This document shows, piece after piece, positions 36,972 through 47,327 of a stretch of 64,000 nt of DNA (position 1 is its first letter; every line of letters begins with the position of its first letter). Below the pieces are notes generated by a model. The model was given only the letters and a program-made list of their open reading frames with translations. It was not told the origin of the DNA and did no database searches. Location: assembly GCA_963790255.1 (NCBI GenBank), contig CAWBOA010000004.1:5339-69338 (forward strand), in the 5' to 3' direction. The DNA comes from an uncultured Chloroflexia bacterium (GTDB lineage: Bacteria; Chloroflexota; Limnocylindria; QHBO01). The position numbers and the translations under genes are program-made.

Positions 36972-38849
36972 CTACCCAGCCTGCTCGACCACGGCACCGA
37001 TCGCGGTCCGCCACGGCGGGCATCCCTGGGCGAGCCAGTCGTCGAACGTCATCCCGATCTGTTCGAGGTAGGCCCGAGCGACCTCGACATGATCGGACGG
37101 GAGGCCCGGGACCCGCAGCCGCCCGCTGACGATCCGTCGTCGCTGGTCCTCGATGAGCGGCCGAACGTCGTCGAGGAATCCCCCCTCGTACGAGATGTCC
37201 ACGAAGCCCGATCGCAGGTCATACGCCTTGACCGGCGGGGGCCGATCGCCGGAAGCCACGGTCTGCAGGGCTTCGTAGACGGCCAGGTCGAATCGCTTGC
37301 GGACTGAAGTCAGGACATGCGAACGCCACACGCCGGGGCTGATGATCCCCAGGTTGTGGCTGAGATCCTCATACCAGTCCGTGTCGACACCGATGGCCCA
37401 GAGTTGACGGTCCATTGAGCCCGACAGGGCGGCTGCAGCGCTGACGACCCCCATGCCCGCAGGTCCTGATGCCGCGACGATGACGTCGGCGCCGTCCGCG
37501 AACATCTGCCGTGCGAGCTCCTCATTCCGATCCAGGTCGATGAACCCCTCGGGGTCGGGCCAATCGCCGGCGTACGCCGTGAGGATGCGAACGTCGGCGT
37601 TCGTGGCACGCACGCCGGCCTCGTACCCGGCCAGGAATCCCCAGATCGGAATCGCATCCCAGCCCCCAATGAATCCCACGACCCCGGTCTGCGACGTGAG
37701 CGCCGCCGCCGTGCCCGCCAAGAAAGAGGCCTCGCGCTCGTGGAAGTGGACATAGGACACGTTCGGCGCGGCGCCGACGTGGTCAAAGACCAGGTAGTGC
37801 GTGCCGGGGTGCTCATGCGCAACAGCATCCATCGTGAGAAAGTTGAGGGAGACAATGAGTGCCGGCGCCTGTTCGGACAGATCTCGGAGGACGGCTGACC
37901 AATCTTGGAACGAAGCTGAGAGCTCGACGTTCTCCTTTCTGGGCACCAGCGAGAAGTCGCTGACCGCACGGTCGAAGCCCCGCTCCACCCCGAGGCGGTC
38001 ACCCCCGACCCCCGCCCCCTCGCATGCCAATGTCACGCGGACGTTGGCGGGGGCAACCGAGCCCTTCCCCAGCGACGGGTCGTGCGCGAGGATCCGGTCG
38101 TACAACGTTCTGATGCTCGGCGACGGATCGACGCCGAAGTCATCGGTGAGCTGCGTCCGTAGGGCGTGGAACGACCGCAGCGCATCCGCGTGACGGCCAG
38201 ATCGGTAGAGCGCAAGCATCAACAGCTCCCGTGCTCGCTCTCTGAGGGGATCGTCCTGTACGGCGGCCGTCAGCAGGTCCAGTGCTTCGGTGATCCTCCC
38301 GGCCTCGAGACTCGCCGCCGCGTATGCCTCCACGGCGGTCAGGCGACCCTCGGTCAGACGCCTGGCAATGGGCTGGGCGAACTCCTCGTACGGAAAGTCC
38401 GACAGGGGCGGGCCGCTCCACAGGCCGAGCGCCTCGCGAATCGTCGAGCGGCCCGCGTCCCGGTCGCCCTCCTCGAGGAGCAGCATCCCTTCCTTCACGA
38501 GGCGCTCGAACCTCCACGCGTCGACTGCGTCGGGGTCCACGTCGAGGGCATACCCGGGCTGCCGAGTGACGAGGAGGTCCGATCCGCCAAGCGGCTCGAA
38601 CGCGCGGCGAAGGTCTGACACGTAGATCTGAATCGAGTGGTCTGCGGTGCGTGGAGCGGCCGCGCCCCACAGCAACTCGGTGAGCCGATCCACCGGCACG
38701 GCCTCGCCGATGCGGGTCAGCAGGATCGCGAGGAGTGCGCGCTGCTTCGGTGGGCCGAGCGCAGCGACCATGCCGTTGCCGACGACGGACAGCGAGCCAA
38801 GGATCCTGAACTGCAAGGGTTCCCTCCAGAGCGCTCCACGATGGCGCAA
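36972..38849 (-). CDS. SARP/AfsR-type regulator (OmpR-like wHTH + BTAD) fused to a BMP/PnrA-family ligand-binding domain; intact
   Basis: N-terminus: FRILGSLSVVGNGMVAALGPPKQRALLAILL...DRLTELLWG...IQIYVSDLRRAF...GYALDVDPDAVDAWRFERL...ELLMLALYRSGRHADALRSFHALRTQLTDDFGVDPSPSIRTLYDRIL. C-terminus: HEREASFLAGTAAALTSQTGVVGFIGGWDAIPIWGFLAGYEAGVRATNADVRI...ADGADVIVAASGPAGMGV...LWAIGVDTDWY...VLTSVRKRFD (BMP pattern). No signal peptide. Confidence 0.8.
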   Translation of the reverse strand: MRHRGALWREPLQFRILGSLSVVGNGMVAALGPPKQRALLAILLTRIGEAVPVDRLTELLWGAAAPRTADHSIQIYVSDLRRAFEPLGGSDLLVTRQPGYALDVDPDAVDAWRFERLVKEGMLLLEEGDRDAGRSTIREALGLWSGPPLSDFPYEEFAQPIARRLTEGRLTAVEAYAAASLEAGRITEALDLLTAAVQDDPLRERARELLMLALYRSGRHADALRSFHALRTQLTDDFGVDPSPSIRTLYDRILAHDPSLGKGSVAPANVRVTLACEGAGVGGDRLGVERGFDRAVSDFSLVPRKENVELSASFQDWSAVLRDLSEQAPALIVSLNFLTMDAVAHEHPGTHYLVFDHVGAAPNVSYVHFHEREASFLAGTAAALTSQTGVVGFIGGWDAIPIWGFLAGYEAGVRATNADVRILTAYAGDWPDPEGFIDLDRNEELARQMFADGADVIVAASGPAGMGVVSAAAALSGSMDRQLWAIGVDTDWYEDLSHNLGIISPGVWRSHVLTSVRKRFDLAVYEALQTVASGDRPPPVKAYDLRSGFVDISYEGGFLDDVRPLIEDQRRRIVSGRLRVPGLPSDHVEVARAYLEQIGMTFDDWLAQGCPPWRTAIGAVVEQAG

Positions 38850-38958
38850 GCCCCAGGGCGGGTCAAGGGTGGTCGGAAGTGAGCGGGTCTGGGGGCGGAC
38901 AGCCGCGTCGCGGCCGCCGTCGAGTGGCTGGCCGCAGGCCTGCGCTCAGGCTGCGATG

Positions 38959-38996
38959 CTCCCAACGCGGCATCGACCAGACTGATCTACGCCCCG
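38959..38996 (-). pseudogene. tRNA-Pro 5'-half pseudo-copy (acceptor 5' strand, D-arm, degenerate anticodon arm; no T-arm)
   Basis: Minus strand CGGGGCGTAGATCAGTCTGGtcGATgCcGCgTTGGGAG is identical to tRNA-Pro over the first ~20 nt. It then diverges, keeping the TTGGGAG anticodon-loop signature. No GGTTCGAATCC downstream. Confidence 0.55.
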
Positions 38997-38997
38997 C
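38977..38997. repeat. Direct repeat copy 2 (5' part of tRNA-Pro)
   Basis: ccagactgatctacgccccgc is identical to 36913..36933, 2,064 bp away in the same orientation. Confidence 0.85.
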
Positions 38998-39008
38998 CGC
39001 GCCCGACC

Positions 39009-40188
39009 CTACCCGGTCAGGCCGGCGACGATCTCCAGGTATCGGGCGCGCTGACGTTCCCAGTCGTACGCCGCGGCTTCCTCCTGCGCCCGCAGCCCGA
39101 TGGCGACGGATCCCGCCGGATCGTCGGCCATCGACTCGATCGCGCGCGCCAGTGCGGCCGGGTCGTTGCCCGGGATGAAGCGCAGCGCCGCATCGGTGAA
39201 GTGATGGCGAAACGTTGCCAGGTCGGTCGCGATGGTCGGCACGCCCATGGCCGCGTACTCGAGGAGCTTCGTGCTGAGCGAATACTCGAGGTACGGCTCG
39301 GGCAGGGACGGCACGAGGCCGACGTCCGCGCCGGCAAGGAGCCCGGGCAGGTCGTCCATCGGGACGCGCCCATGCAGCGTCACTCGGTCGGCGAGGCCGG
39401 CGCGCTCGATGGCCGCCTCGACCTCGTGGCGCCAGGGCCCGTCGCCGTACACGTCAAGCCGCCACGGCAGGTCGGGTCGCACCAGCGCGAGCCCGGCGAT
39501 GGCCCGATCGAGCCCGTAGATGCGCTGGAGGTTCGAGTGGTGGATGAGGCGCAGCGTCCCATCGGCCATGAACGGGCGCCGTGGGTGGCGGCCGGGGTCG
39601 AACAGCCGGCCGTCGGCGCTGTTCATGACGACGCTGATGCGCTTCGGGATCCACCCCGCGCGCGATCGAGAGCTGCCGGAGCGGCTCGTGCACGGTGATG
39701 AGCTCGTCGGCGATCGCGGCCGACGCGCGCGCCGTCGCGCTGACGAGCGGCATCAGCGGCCGCAGCAGGGGGTGGGCGAATCGGTCGCGGAAGAACTCCG
39801 GCATGTCCTCGTGGAGGTCGAGCAGGAGCGGGACCCCGCCAAGCTTCTCGGGGAGGGCGGCGAAGTCGAGGAAGTCCGGGACGGTCGCCACCTGGACGAG
39901 GTCGTATCGCCGCCCGCGGTGCTCGCGCGCCAGGCGCCATGCCGCCATCGCGGTGAAGGCCAGGTACTCCGCCATGTGGCCGGCGAACCCGACGAAGCCC
40001 CGATTCACCGGGAGGCGCACGATACGCAACGCTCCTCGGATTTCCTCCGGCTCCTCGCCGGGCCGACGAAGGCAGATGACGTCGACCTCGTAGCCCGCTG
40101 CGACGAGCGCATCGCTCTGACGCCGAACCCTTGGGTCGCCGGGAACGACGGCATGCACGACGATGGCAACGCGACGAGGCTCGGTCAC
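39009..40188 (-). CDS. GT4-family glycosyltransferase (one frameshift ~39640)
   Basis: GTG 40188 overlaps the mazG stop (GTGA). VTEPRRVAIVVHAVVPGDPRVRRQSDALVAAGYEVDV... lies in ORF 39454..40299. The C-terminal half in ORF 39009..39626 reads GLVPSLPEPYLEYSLSTKLLEYAAMGVPTIA. Confidence 0.8.
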
Positions 40189-41291
40189 CCGCCCTTCACC
40201 TCGTCCCAGAGCCGATCCTTCTCTTCGAGCGACATGGCCGGAAGGTCGATGCCGCGTTCGGCAGCAAGGCGCTCGACGCCCTGGTACCGGCTCACCCACC
40301 GATGGTTGGCCGTACGGAGCGCCTCCTCGGGATCGACCTTCATCCAGCGGCCAAGGTTGACGAGCGCGAAGAAGAGATCACCGAGCTCGTGCAGGCGCTC
40401 GTCGCCGCTCTCCGCATGCCGCAGCTCGTCCAGCTCCTCGCCAACCTTCTCCCACACGCCCTCGATGGCGTCCCAGTCCCAGCCGAGGGCCGATGCGCGC
40501 TCCTGGATCTCGCGGCTGGCGGGCAGCGCCGGGAGAGCGCGCGCGACACCGCCGAAGGCGCCCTGCTCCGCCTTGCCGCGCTCCGCGCGCTCGTCGGCCT
40601 TGATCGTCTCCCAGTTGCTGAGGACCTGCTCAACGCCGTCGACCTCGACCGTTCCGAAGACGTGCGGATGGCGTCGCACGATCTTGGCGCCGATTGACCG
40701 ATACACATCGGTCAGGTCGAAGGACCCCTCCTCGGCCGCGAACTGGGCGTGGAGGATCACCTGCAGGTAGAGGTCACCGAGCTCCTCGGCGAGGTCGCCG
40801 GAGCTGCCATGCTCGATGGCGTCGATCGTCTCGTACGCCTCCTCGAGCAGGTACGGCCGCAGGGTCAGGTGCGTCTGCCGGCGGTCCCAGGGGCATCCGT
40901 CCGGCGCGCGGAGTCGGGCGCTGATCGCCGCCATCCCGTGCGGACTGGCGATGTTGTCGACGGGCTCGAGTGCCGGGACGAGCCAGTCCGCGGAAGCGAG
41001 GCGCTCGTCGTCGAGCGCGGACAGGGCGACCGACCCGCCGTCCGCGAGGCTCCTCACGGCGTGTTCCGCGGGATAGAGCGCGGAGAGGATGGCGTGGGGC
41101 CCACGGCGGGCGTGCCGGCCAGGCAGCGGGTCGGCGGTCTCGGCTCCGCCCCGCAGCGCGAGGAGCGGAAGCCCGGGGTCGAACGGGACCGATGCCAGGC
41201 GAGCGGTCGCGACGATCTGCACGCCGTCCGCTGCGGCCAGCCCGGCCGCGGCCAGCAGGTCGTCGATGCCACGCGGCGCGGCGGCGGTCAT
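40185..41291 (-). CDS. mazG: MazG nucleoside-triphosphate pyrophosphohydrolase with YabN-like N-terminal region
   Basis: ATG 41291. CPWDRRQTHLTLRPYLLEEAYETIDAIE...LAEELGDLYLQVILHAQ...IVRRHPHVFG, and a second MazG repeat VGEELDEL...LHELGDLFFALVNLGRWM. Confidence 0.85.
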   Translation of the reverse strand: MTAAAPRGIDDLLAAAGLAAADGVQIVATARLASVPFDPGLPLLALRGGAETADPLPGRHARRGPHAILSALYPAEHAVRSLADGGSVALSALDDERLASADWLVPALEPVDNIASPHGMAAISARLRAPDGCPWDRRQTHLTLRPYLLEEAYETIDAIEHGSSGDLAEELGDLYLQVILHAQFAAEEGSFDLTDVYRSIGAKIVRRHPHVFGTVEVDGVEQVLSNWETIKADERAERGKAEQGAFGGVARALPALPASREIQERASALGWDWDAIEGVWEKVGEELDELRHAESGDERLHELGDLFFALVNLGRWMKVDPEEALRTANHRWVSRYQGVERLAAERGIDLPAMSLEEKDRLWDEVKGG

Positions 41292-41295
41292 CGCC

Positions 41296-43030
41296 TCAGG
41301 TCGTGGAGGTGCTTGGGGCGTACTGCGCGTCGATCCAGGACTCGACGGGCGCGCGCACCTCGTCATCGAGCCAGCGATCGAAGCCCGCGGCGCGGATCTG
41401 CTCGAGCCGGTCGTCCTCGATCGGCTCGCTCTCGCTCGTCTCGAGGAGCTGATAGATCGTCGTGCCCTCGTTGACGGTCTCGACCGGTTCGCTGATCTCC
41501 CCCACCTCAGTCAGGCCGAAGACCGCCTCCTCGAGCGGCTCTGCCAGCTGATACCGCGCGACCCATCCGAGCTCGCCATCGTTGGCGGCCGACTCGGGCT
41601 CCTGGCTGACGAGCGCGGCGACCTCGCCGAAGGAGTCGGGATCGTCGCGCAGCTGCTCCATGAGCTGCTCGACCTGCGCCTGAGGGGTCTCCCGTTCGTC
41701 GGTCTTCTGGATGACGTGGTATCCGAACTCAGTCCGGATCGGCTCGCTGATCTCCCCCACCTCGAGGGAGGCCAGGGTGGCGGCGAACTCGGTCACGAAG
41801 CCGGGGTTCTCGGGGTCGTACCAGCCCAGGTCGCCGCCGCGCGCGCCTGACCCGGTGTCGTCGCTGTGCTCCTCGGCGATCTCGAACCAATCAGCCCCGT
41901 CGGCCCGGACGAGCTCCTCGACCTCCCGCGCCTCCTCGAGGGCCGCGTCCCACTGCTCCGTGGTCGCCTCTTCCTGGTTCTCGAGCTCGGGATCGGGCGA
42001 GATGAGGACGTGACGCGCGCGCTCCTGAGGGACGACCTCGCCGGTCACCGGCGCAATGAAGATCTGGGCCACGCGCTGCTGCGCGGCGGGCGACACCACC
42101 ACCTCGTCGCCGAAGTGCTCGCGGAACGCCTCCAGGAGGAGCTCGCCGCGGAGGTAGTCGCGATACGTTGCGTCGTCGATGCCCTGATCGCGAAGGACCT
42201 GGGCCACGCCGCCCTCGGTCGTCGCCTCGCGACGGGCGACGAGCTGGAGGACGGCTGCCCCGCCCTCGGTATCGATTGGGCCGACGAGGTCGCCGACGTC
42301 CGCATCGGCCAGGGCCTCGAAATACTCGTCGTAGGCTGTGTCCTGATCTTCGAACCAGCCGAGGTTGCCGCCGGTCTGGGCGGTGAAGTCGTCGCTGACG
42401 TCCGCGGCGACGGTGGCGAAGTCCTCGCCGCTCTCGAGCCGCTCGAGGGCCGCCTCCGCCTCCTCCATGGCAGCCGCGCGCTGCTCGTCGGTCGGCTCGG
42501 CGTCGGGCTCAGCGTCCTCGGGCAACGCCTCGACGAGCACGAGACCGGCGAGGATGCGCTCGGGGAGGAGGTAGCGCCGCGCGACTTCGTCGTCGATGTC
42601 GGCCTCCGTCACGCTGATCCCGAACTCCGGGGCCCGCACTGGCGAGCGTGGCGCCGTCGACCAGCGACTGCGCGGCCGTCTGGGTGACGACGTTGAAGGC
42701 CTGCGAGAGGCTGTCGATCTGCTGCTGGATGAGCTGGCCGCGCGGGCCGTCCAGCTGCAGCTGGAGCTCGGTCACCTCCGCGATGAGCTCAGAGGCGAGG
42801 ATGCGCTCGCGCTGCCCCAGGTCGGCGCGATCGAAGCTCGCGTCGCCAACCGCGGCCACCGGCCGAAAGTGCGACTCCCAGTACCCGTTCCACGCGGCGG
42901 CGCCGAAGATCCCGAGGGCAAGCGCGATCGCGATCGCGAACCCGATGACGGTGAGTTGCTGGGTGCGCAGCTCGTCCTGCCAGCGTGGTCGATGCTTGCG
43001 GTCGAGGACCGGTCGGGATCGAAAGCTCAT
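41296..43030 (-). CDS. Membrane-anchored peptidyl-prolyl isomerase with multiple parvulin (rotamase) domains (SurA/PrsA-like; one frameshift ~42630)
   Basis: N-terminal anchor in ORF 42509..43030 (QQLTVIGFAIAIALALGIFGAAAW). Three rotamase-type segments (GGNLGWFED..., ARHVLISP...GGDLGWYDP...EFGYHVIQ, DGELGWVAR...) lie in ORF 41296..42639. Confidence 0.8.
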
Positions 43031-43130
43031 CGGCTCATGGTCATGCGGCGGCTCGGTGGGCGGCCATCTCGGCCGTGGGCGAGGCGAGGCGCCATGCTAG
43101 CCGATGGCGTGTGGGTGCGCACGGCTGGCC

Positions 43131-43922
43131 CTAGCCGCCGCGGAGGCCGTCGCGGATCGCCGACCAGCGCAGGCGGAGGACGAGCAGCACCGCCTCGCGA
43201 ACGATGCCGCCGGACATCTTCGAGGCGCCGGCGGTCCGCTCGCGGAAGATGATCGGGATCTGGACGATCGACCCGCCGCGGCGATGGGCCCACCACGTCG
43301 TCTCGATCTGGAATCCATACCCGGAGCTCGCGGTCTCGCGCAGGCGGATCGCCTCGATCAGCTCGCGCCGCCACGCCTTGAAGCCGCCGGTGAGGTCGTG
43401 GTATGGGAGGAGCAGCACCGTCCGAGCGAAGAGCGTGCCGCCGCGGCTGATGAGCCTGCGGTACCAGGGCCAGCCCACCGTGTCGCCGCCGCGCATGTAT
43501 CGGGTGCCCAGCACGAGGTCGGCGTTCCCCATGAGCGGCGCGAGGAGCGTTGGCAGGACGGCTGGATCGTGACTGAAGTCGGCGTCCATCTGCACCACCG
43601 CCCGCGCGTCGGGGTGGTCGAGGACCCAGCGGAAGCCATCCCGGTACGCGGCGCCGAGGCCCTCCTTGCCGGGCCGGTGGAGGACCGAGACGCGCGCCTC
43701 GCGCGCCGCGATCGTGTCGGCGAGCACCCCGGTGCCATCGGGCGAGGTGTCGTCGACGACGAGGAGGTTCGCCTCGGGCAGGGCGGCCAGGATGGCCGCC
43801 GCCATCGGCTCGAGGTTCTCGCGCTCGTTGTAGGTCGGCAGCACGACCCACACGCCGCGACCCGCGGCCAGCCCGACGCTTGGCGCCGCCTCGGCGCCTC
43901 CCTCAGCGGCCGATGCCGACAT
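43131..43922 (-). CDS. ppm1: Polyprenol-monophosphomannose synthase (GT2, Ppm1/DPM1-like)
   Basis: VWVVLPTYNERENL, LLVVDDTSPDGTG, GKEGLGAAYRDGF, QMDADFSHDP, DLTGGFKAW. The start at ATG 43922 overlaps the upstream gene by 20 nt. Confidence 0.85.
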   Translation of the reverse strand: MSASAAEGGAEAAPSVGLAAGRGVWVVLPTYNERENLEPMAAAILAALPEANLLVVDDTSPDGTGVLADTIAAREARVSVLHRPGKEGLGAAYRDGFRWVLDHPDARAVVQMDADFSHDPAVLPTLLAPLMGNADLVLGTRYMRGGDTVGWPWYRRLISRGGTLFARTVLLLPYHDLTGGFKAWRRELIEAIRLRETASSGYGFQIETTWWAHRRGGSIVQIPIIFRERTAGASKMSGGIVREAVLLVLRLRWSAIRDGLRGG

Positions 43923-45180
43923 AGGCGACCCCGGCCCGCTCGAATCGGGAGCGGTCGACCGCGTTGCGCCCATCCACGAAGAGCTCGAGCCCCGGCAGGC
44001 GCGCCGGGTCGAGATCGAGGTATGCCTCGTGGGCGGCCTGCAGCACCGCGACCCGGATCGGTACCGGAGCGTCGAGGTCGTATGGCTCGAAGCCGAGCTG
44101 GCGGAGGTGGTCGTCGTCGAAGTAGGGGTCGTGCCCGTGGACGCGGGCGCCGGCAGCAAGGAGCTCGTCGCGCAGGCGGAAGGCGGAGCTGAACGCGTCC
44201 TCGCGCACGTCGGCGCGGTAGGCGACGCCGAGGACGAGCACCGGCTGCCCGTCGAGCGACCCGACGCGAGCCTCGATGGTGTCGACCGTGAAGGCGCCCA
44301 TCCCCTCGTTGATCTCGCGCGCCAGCGGCGGGATCCGCAGCTCGGAGTCGTCGTTGAACAGGAAGTGCGGGTACACGGGGATGCAGTGTCCCCCCACCCC
44401 CACACCGGGCTGGTGGATGTGGCTGAACGGCTGGGAGTTCGCGGCGCCGATCACCTCGCCGATGTCGATGCCGTGGCGCGCCGCAAACTGCGCGAGCTCA
44501 TTGGCGTAGGCGATGTTCACGTCTCGGTAGGTCGTCTCGGCCAGCTTCGTCATCTCGGCCGTCTCGGCATTGGCGACCTGCATCACCTCGGTCCCCTCGT
44601 CCAGCACGGACCGATACAGCTCGACCGCCCGACGAGTGCTCTCGTCGCTCGTTCCACCGACGACCTTCGGATACCTGCGCAGGTCGAGGAACACGCGACC
44701 GACGAGCACGCGCTCGGGGCTGAAGGCGAGGAAGAAGTCGCGATCGAGCTCGAGGCCGCTGCCCTCGGCGAGCATCGGCCCGAAGCGGGTACGGGTGGTG
44801 CCGACCGGCAGCGTCGTCTCGTACACGACCAGGGTTCCCGAACCGAGATTTGCGGCGATGTCCCGGGTGGCGGCGTCGATGGGTCTGAAGTCGATCTGAC
44901 GCTGCGCGTCGACGACGACGGGGACGATGACGACGATCGCCTCGACGTTCCGGACGGCCGAGGGGTCGGCCCAGGTCGTCGCCCGCAGGCGACCGGCGGC
45001 GTGCAGCTCCGGCACGCGGTCGACGAGCGCCTGCTCGTCGTCGTGCGGAGACTCGCCGCGGTTGATGGCGTCGACGATGCGGGCGTCGATGTCGACCCCG
45101 AGCACGTCGTGGCCGCGCGACGCGTACTGGACGGCCAGCGGCAGGCCGATGTGGCCAAGCCCGACGACGGCGATCCTCAC
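43903..45180 (-). CDS. UDP-N-acetyl-hexosamine 6-dehydrogenase (nucleotide-sugar dehydrogenase; WbpA/WecC-like)
   Basis: Intact 425 aa. MRIAVVGLGHIGLPLAV (Rossmann), AETAEMTKLAETTYRDVNIAYANE, GVGVGGHCIPVYP (catalytic Cys), C-terminal UDP-binding domain. Confidence 0.9.
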   Translation of the reverse strand: MRIAVVGLGHIGLPLAVQYASRGHDVLGVDIDARIVDAINRGESPHDDEQALVDRVPELHAAGRLRATTWADPSAVRNVEAIVVIVPVVVDAQRQIDFRPIDAATRDIAANLGSGTLVVYETTLPVGTTRTRFGPMLAEGSGLELDRDFFLAFSPERVLVGRVFLDLRRYPKVVGGTSDESTRRAVELYRSVLDEGTEVMQVANAETAEMTKLAETTYRDVNIAYANELAQFAARHGIDIGEVIGAANSQPFSHIHQPGVGVGGHCIPVYPHFLFNDDSELRIPPLAREINEGMGAFTVDTIEARVGSLDGQPVLVLGVAYRADVREDAFSSAFRLRDELLAAGARVHGHDPYFDDDHLRQLGFEPYDLDAPVPIRVAVLQAAHEAYLDLDPARLPGLELFVDGRNAVDRSRFERAGVAYVGIGR

Positions 45181-46227
45181 GACACGACCTCGGCCAGGGC
45201 GGCGCCGCCGATCGCCTCGCCGGCCAGTGCCGACTCCACCATCTTGCGGGCCAGCAGGAGGGCGACCATCGCGTCATGCGGGTCCACCGGCGGCGGCCCG
45301 CCGTCGCGTACGGCCCGGGCGAACTCGCGCAGCTCGACCGTCAGCGGCTCCTCGCGGCGCACCGCGCGGCGGGTCATCTCGCCCTCGGTGACCGACGTCA
45401 CCGCGGCGCCCGAGCCTGCGGTTGACCCAGGTCTGCTGAGCCTCCGGATTGGCGTAGTGCACGAGGTCCTGGGCGATGTAGTCCGCGACGTACATGCCCC
45501 GCTCGCCGGTCACCGTCAGCACGCGGCGCTTCGTCGGCGTCAGCCAGTTGATGTCGAGGATGCCGACGACGCCGTTCGCGAACTTCAGCACGCCGTTGAA
45601 CAGGTCCTCGTGTTCGGTATGGATCCGGCGCTCCGTCTCCGCGTAGATGCGGATCGGCTCCGAGCCGACCAGGTACCGCATGATGTCGATGTCGTGCGGG
45701 GCCAGATCGACCACGACCCCGACGTCGCGGATGCGCGCCGGGAACGGGCCGAGGCGGGTGGCGCTGATCTGGAAGATGCGGCCGAGCTCGCCCTCGACCA
45801 GGCGGCGCCGCAGCTCCCGGATCGCCGGGTTGAAGCGCTCGATGTGGCCGACCGTGAGCATCCGACCGGCGTCCCGGGCGGCGCCGATCATCTCGGTCGC
45901 CTCCTCGCGCGTGGCCGCGATCGGCTTCTCGACGAGGACGTTGGCCCCGGCACGCAGCGCGGCGAGGGTCGTGGGCAGGTGGAGGCTCGTCGGGGAAACG
46001 ATGCTGACGAGGTCGAGCTCCTCCTCGGCGAACATGCGCTCGGGATCCTCGAAGCCTCGGGCCCTCCGTCCCGCCGTGGCGCGCGACACCGCCGCGAGGT
46101 CCGGGTCCGCGACCGCCACCAGCTCGACGCCGTCCACGCCCTCGTCCCAGACGCGGACGTGGTTGCGGCCCATCATCCCCAGCCCGACGACGCCCGCCCG
46201 CAGCGGGCGCTCCTGCGAGGCCGTCAT
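45177..46227 (-). CDS. Gfo/Idh/MocA-family sugar oxidoreductase (WbpB-like; one frameshift ~45410)
   Basis: LRAGVVGLGMMGRNHVRVW, NVLVEKPIAAT, VGHIERFNPAI. The C-terminus lies in ORF 45177..45401 (...EPLTVELREFARAVRDGGPPPVDPHDAMVALLLARKM...). Confidence 0.8.
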
Positions 46228-47327
46228 CCGGCGGTCGTCAGCTCGAGCGGGCCGAGCGCCGTCGCCGTCTCGTTGACGGCGCCGATGACGGTGGAGACCT
46301 CGTCGTCGCTGAGGGACGGATGGACCGGGATGCTCAGCACCTGATCCGTGAGACGGTCGGTGACCGGATACCGCTCCTCGCCGTAGCCGAGCGCGATGAA
46401 CGGCTTCTGGCGGTGGACCGGGATCGGGTAGTAGACCGCGCTGCCCACGCCCCGTTCGCCGAGTGCCGCGGCGAACTCGTCGCGGCGGTTCACGCGGATC
46501 GTGTACTGGTGGTAGACGTGCGTGACGCCGGTCCGGGTCGTCGGCGTGATCACGCCACGCAGCTCGGCGTCGTAGCGCGCCGCGATCGCCCGCCGTCGCT
46601 CGTTGGCCGCCGGCAGCTTCGGGAGCTGGGCGAGCCCGATGGCGGCGGCCAGGTCGGTCATCCGGAAGTTGTAGCCGACGATCTCATGGTGGTAGCGAAC
46701 CTTCATGCCGTGCTCGCGGAGCAGACGGGCGCGATCGGCCAGGGCAGCCTCATCGGTGGTGATCATCCCGCCCTCGCCGGTGGTCATGTTCTTCGTGGGG
46801 TAGAAGCTGAAGGTGCCCGCTCCCCACGTCCCGCTGCGGCGCCCGTCGATGGCGGCACCGTGGGCCTGGCACGCATCCTCGACCAGCGCGAGGCCGTGGC
46901 GCTCGGCGATGGCGGCCAGGGCCGGCATGTCGGCCGGCTGCCCGTACAGGCTGACGGGCATGATCGCCCGCGTGCGGTCGGTGATGGCCGACTCCACCTG
47001 GGCGATATCGATCATGAAGTCGCGTTCGTCGACGTCGACGAAGACCGGTCGGGCGCCGGTGTACACGATGCTGTTGGCGCTGGCGATGAAGGTGAACGGG
47101 ACGGTCACGACCTCGTCGCCGGGACCGATCCCGTACCCGAGGAGGGCGAGATGAAGCGCCGTCGTCCCCGAGCTGGCGGCGACGGCGTGCTCGGCGCCGA
47201 TGAAGGCGGCGAACGCCTCCTCGAACTCGCGCACGCGCGGCCCCTGTGCCAGTGACCCGGAGGCCATTGCCTCCCATACCCCCTGCTTCTCCTCCTCGCC
47301 CATCTGCGGGCGAGCGATCGGGATCAT
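46224..47327 (-). CDS. DegT/DnrJ/EryC1/StrS-family PLP sugar aminotransferase (WbpE-like; intact)
   Basis: MIPIARPQMGEEEKQGVWEAMASGSLAQGPRVREFE, SSGTTALHLAL, LVEDACQAHGA, FSFYPTKNMTTGEGG (PLP Lys). 4-nt overlaps with both neighbours. Confidence 0.9.
   Translation of the reverse strand: MIPIARPQMGEEEKQGVWEAMASGSLAQGPRVREFEEAFAAFIGAEHAVAASSGTTALHLALLGYGIGPGDEVVTVPFTFIASANSIVYTGARPVFVDVDERDFMIDIAQVESAITDRTRAIMPVSLYGQPADMPALAAIAERHGLALVEDACQAHGAAIDGRRSGTWGAGTFSFYPTKNMTTGEGGMITTDEAALADRARLLREHGMKVRYHHEIVGYNFRMTDLAAAIGLAQLPKLPAANERRRAIAARYDAELRGVITPTTRTGVTHVYHQYTIRVNRRDEFAAALGERGVGSAVYYPIPVHRQKPFIALGYGEERYPVTDRLTDQVLSIPVHPSLSDDEVSTVIGAVNETATALGPLELTTAG

Noticed and set aside
35875-37023. Full 382-aa ORF for the WecA-like gene
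   Set aside because: The first 65 codons run straight through the tRNA-Pro gene and are Arg/Pro-rich. The family-typical N-terminus begins at ATG 36828.
38900-39010. A second complete tRNA gene upstream of the SARP regulator
   Set aside because: Only the acceptor 5' strand, D-arm and a distorted anticodon arm are present. There is no T-arm (GGTTCGAATCC-like) and no proper 3' acceptor strand at tRNA distance.
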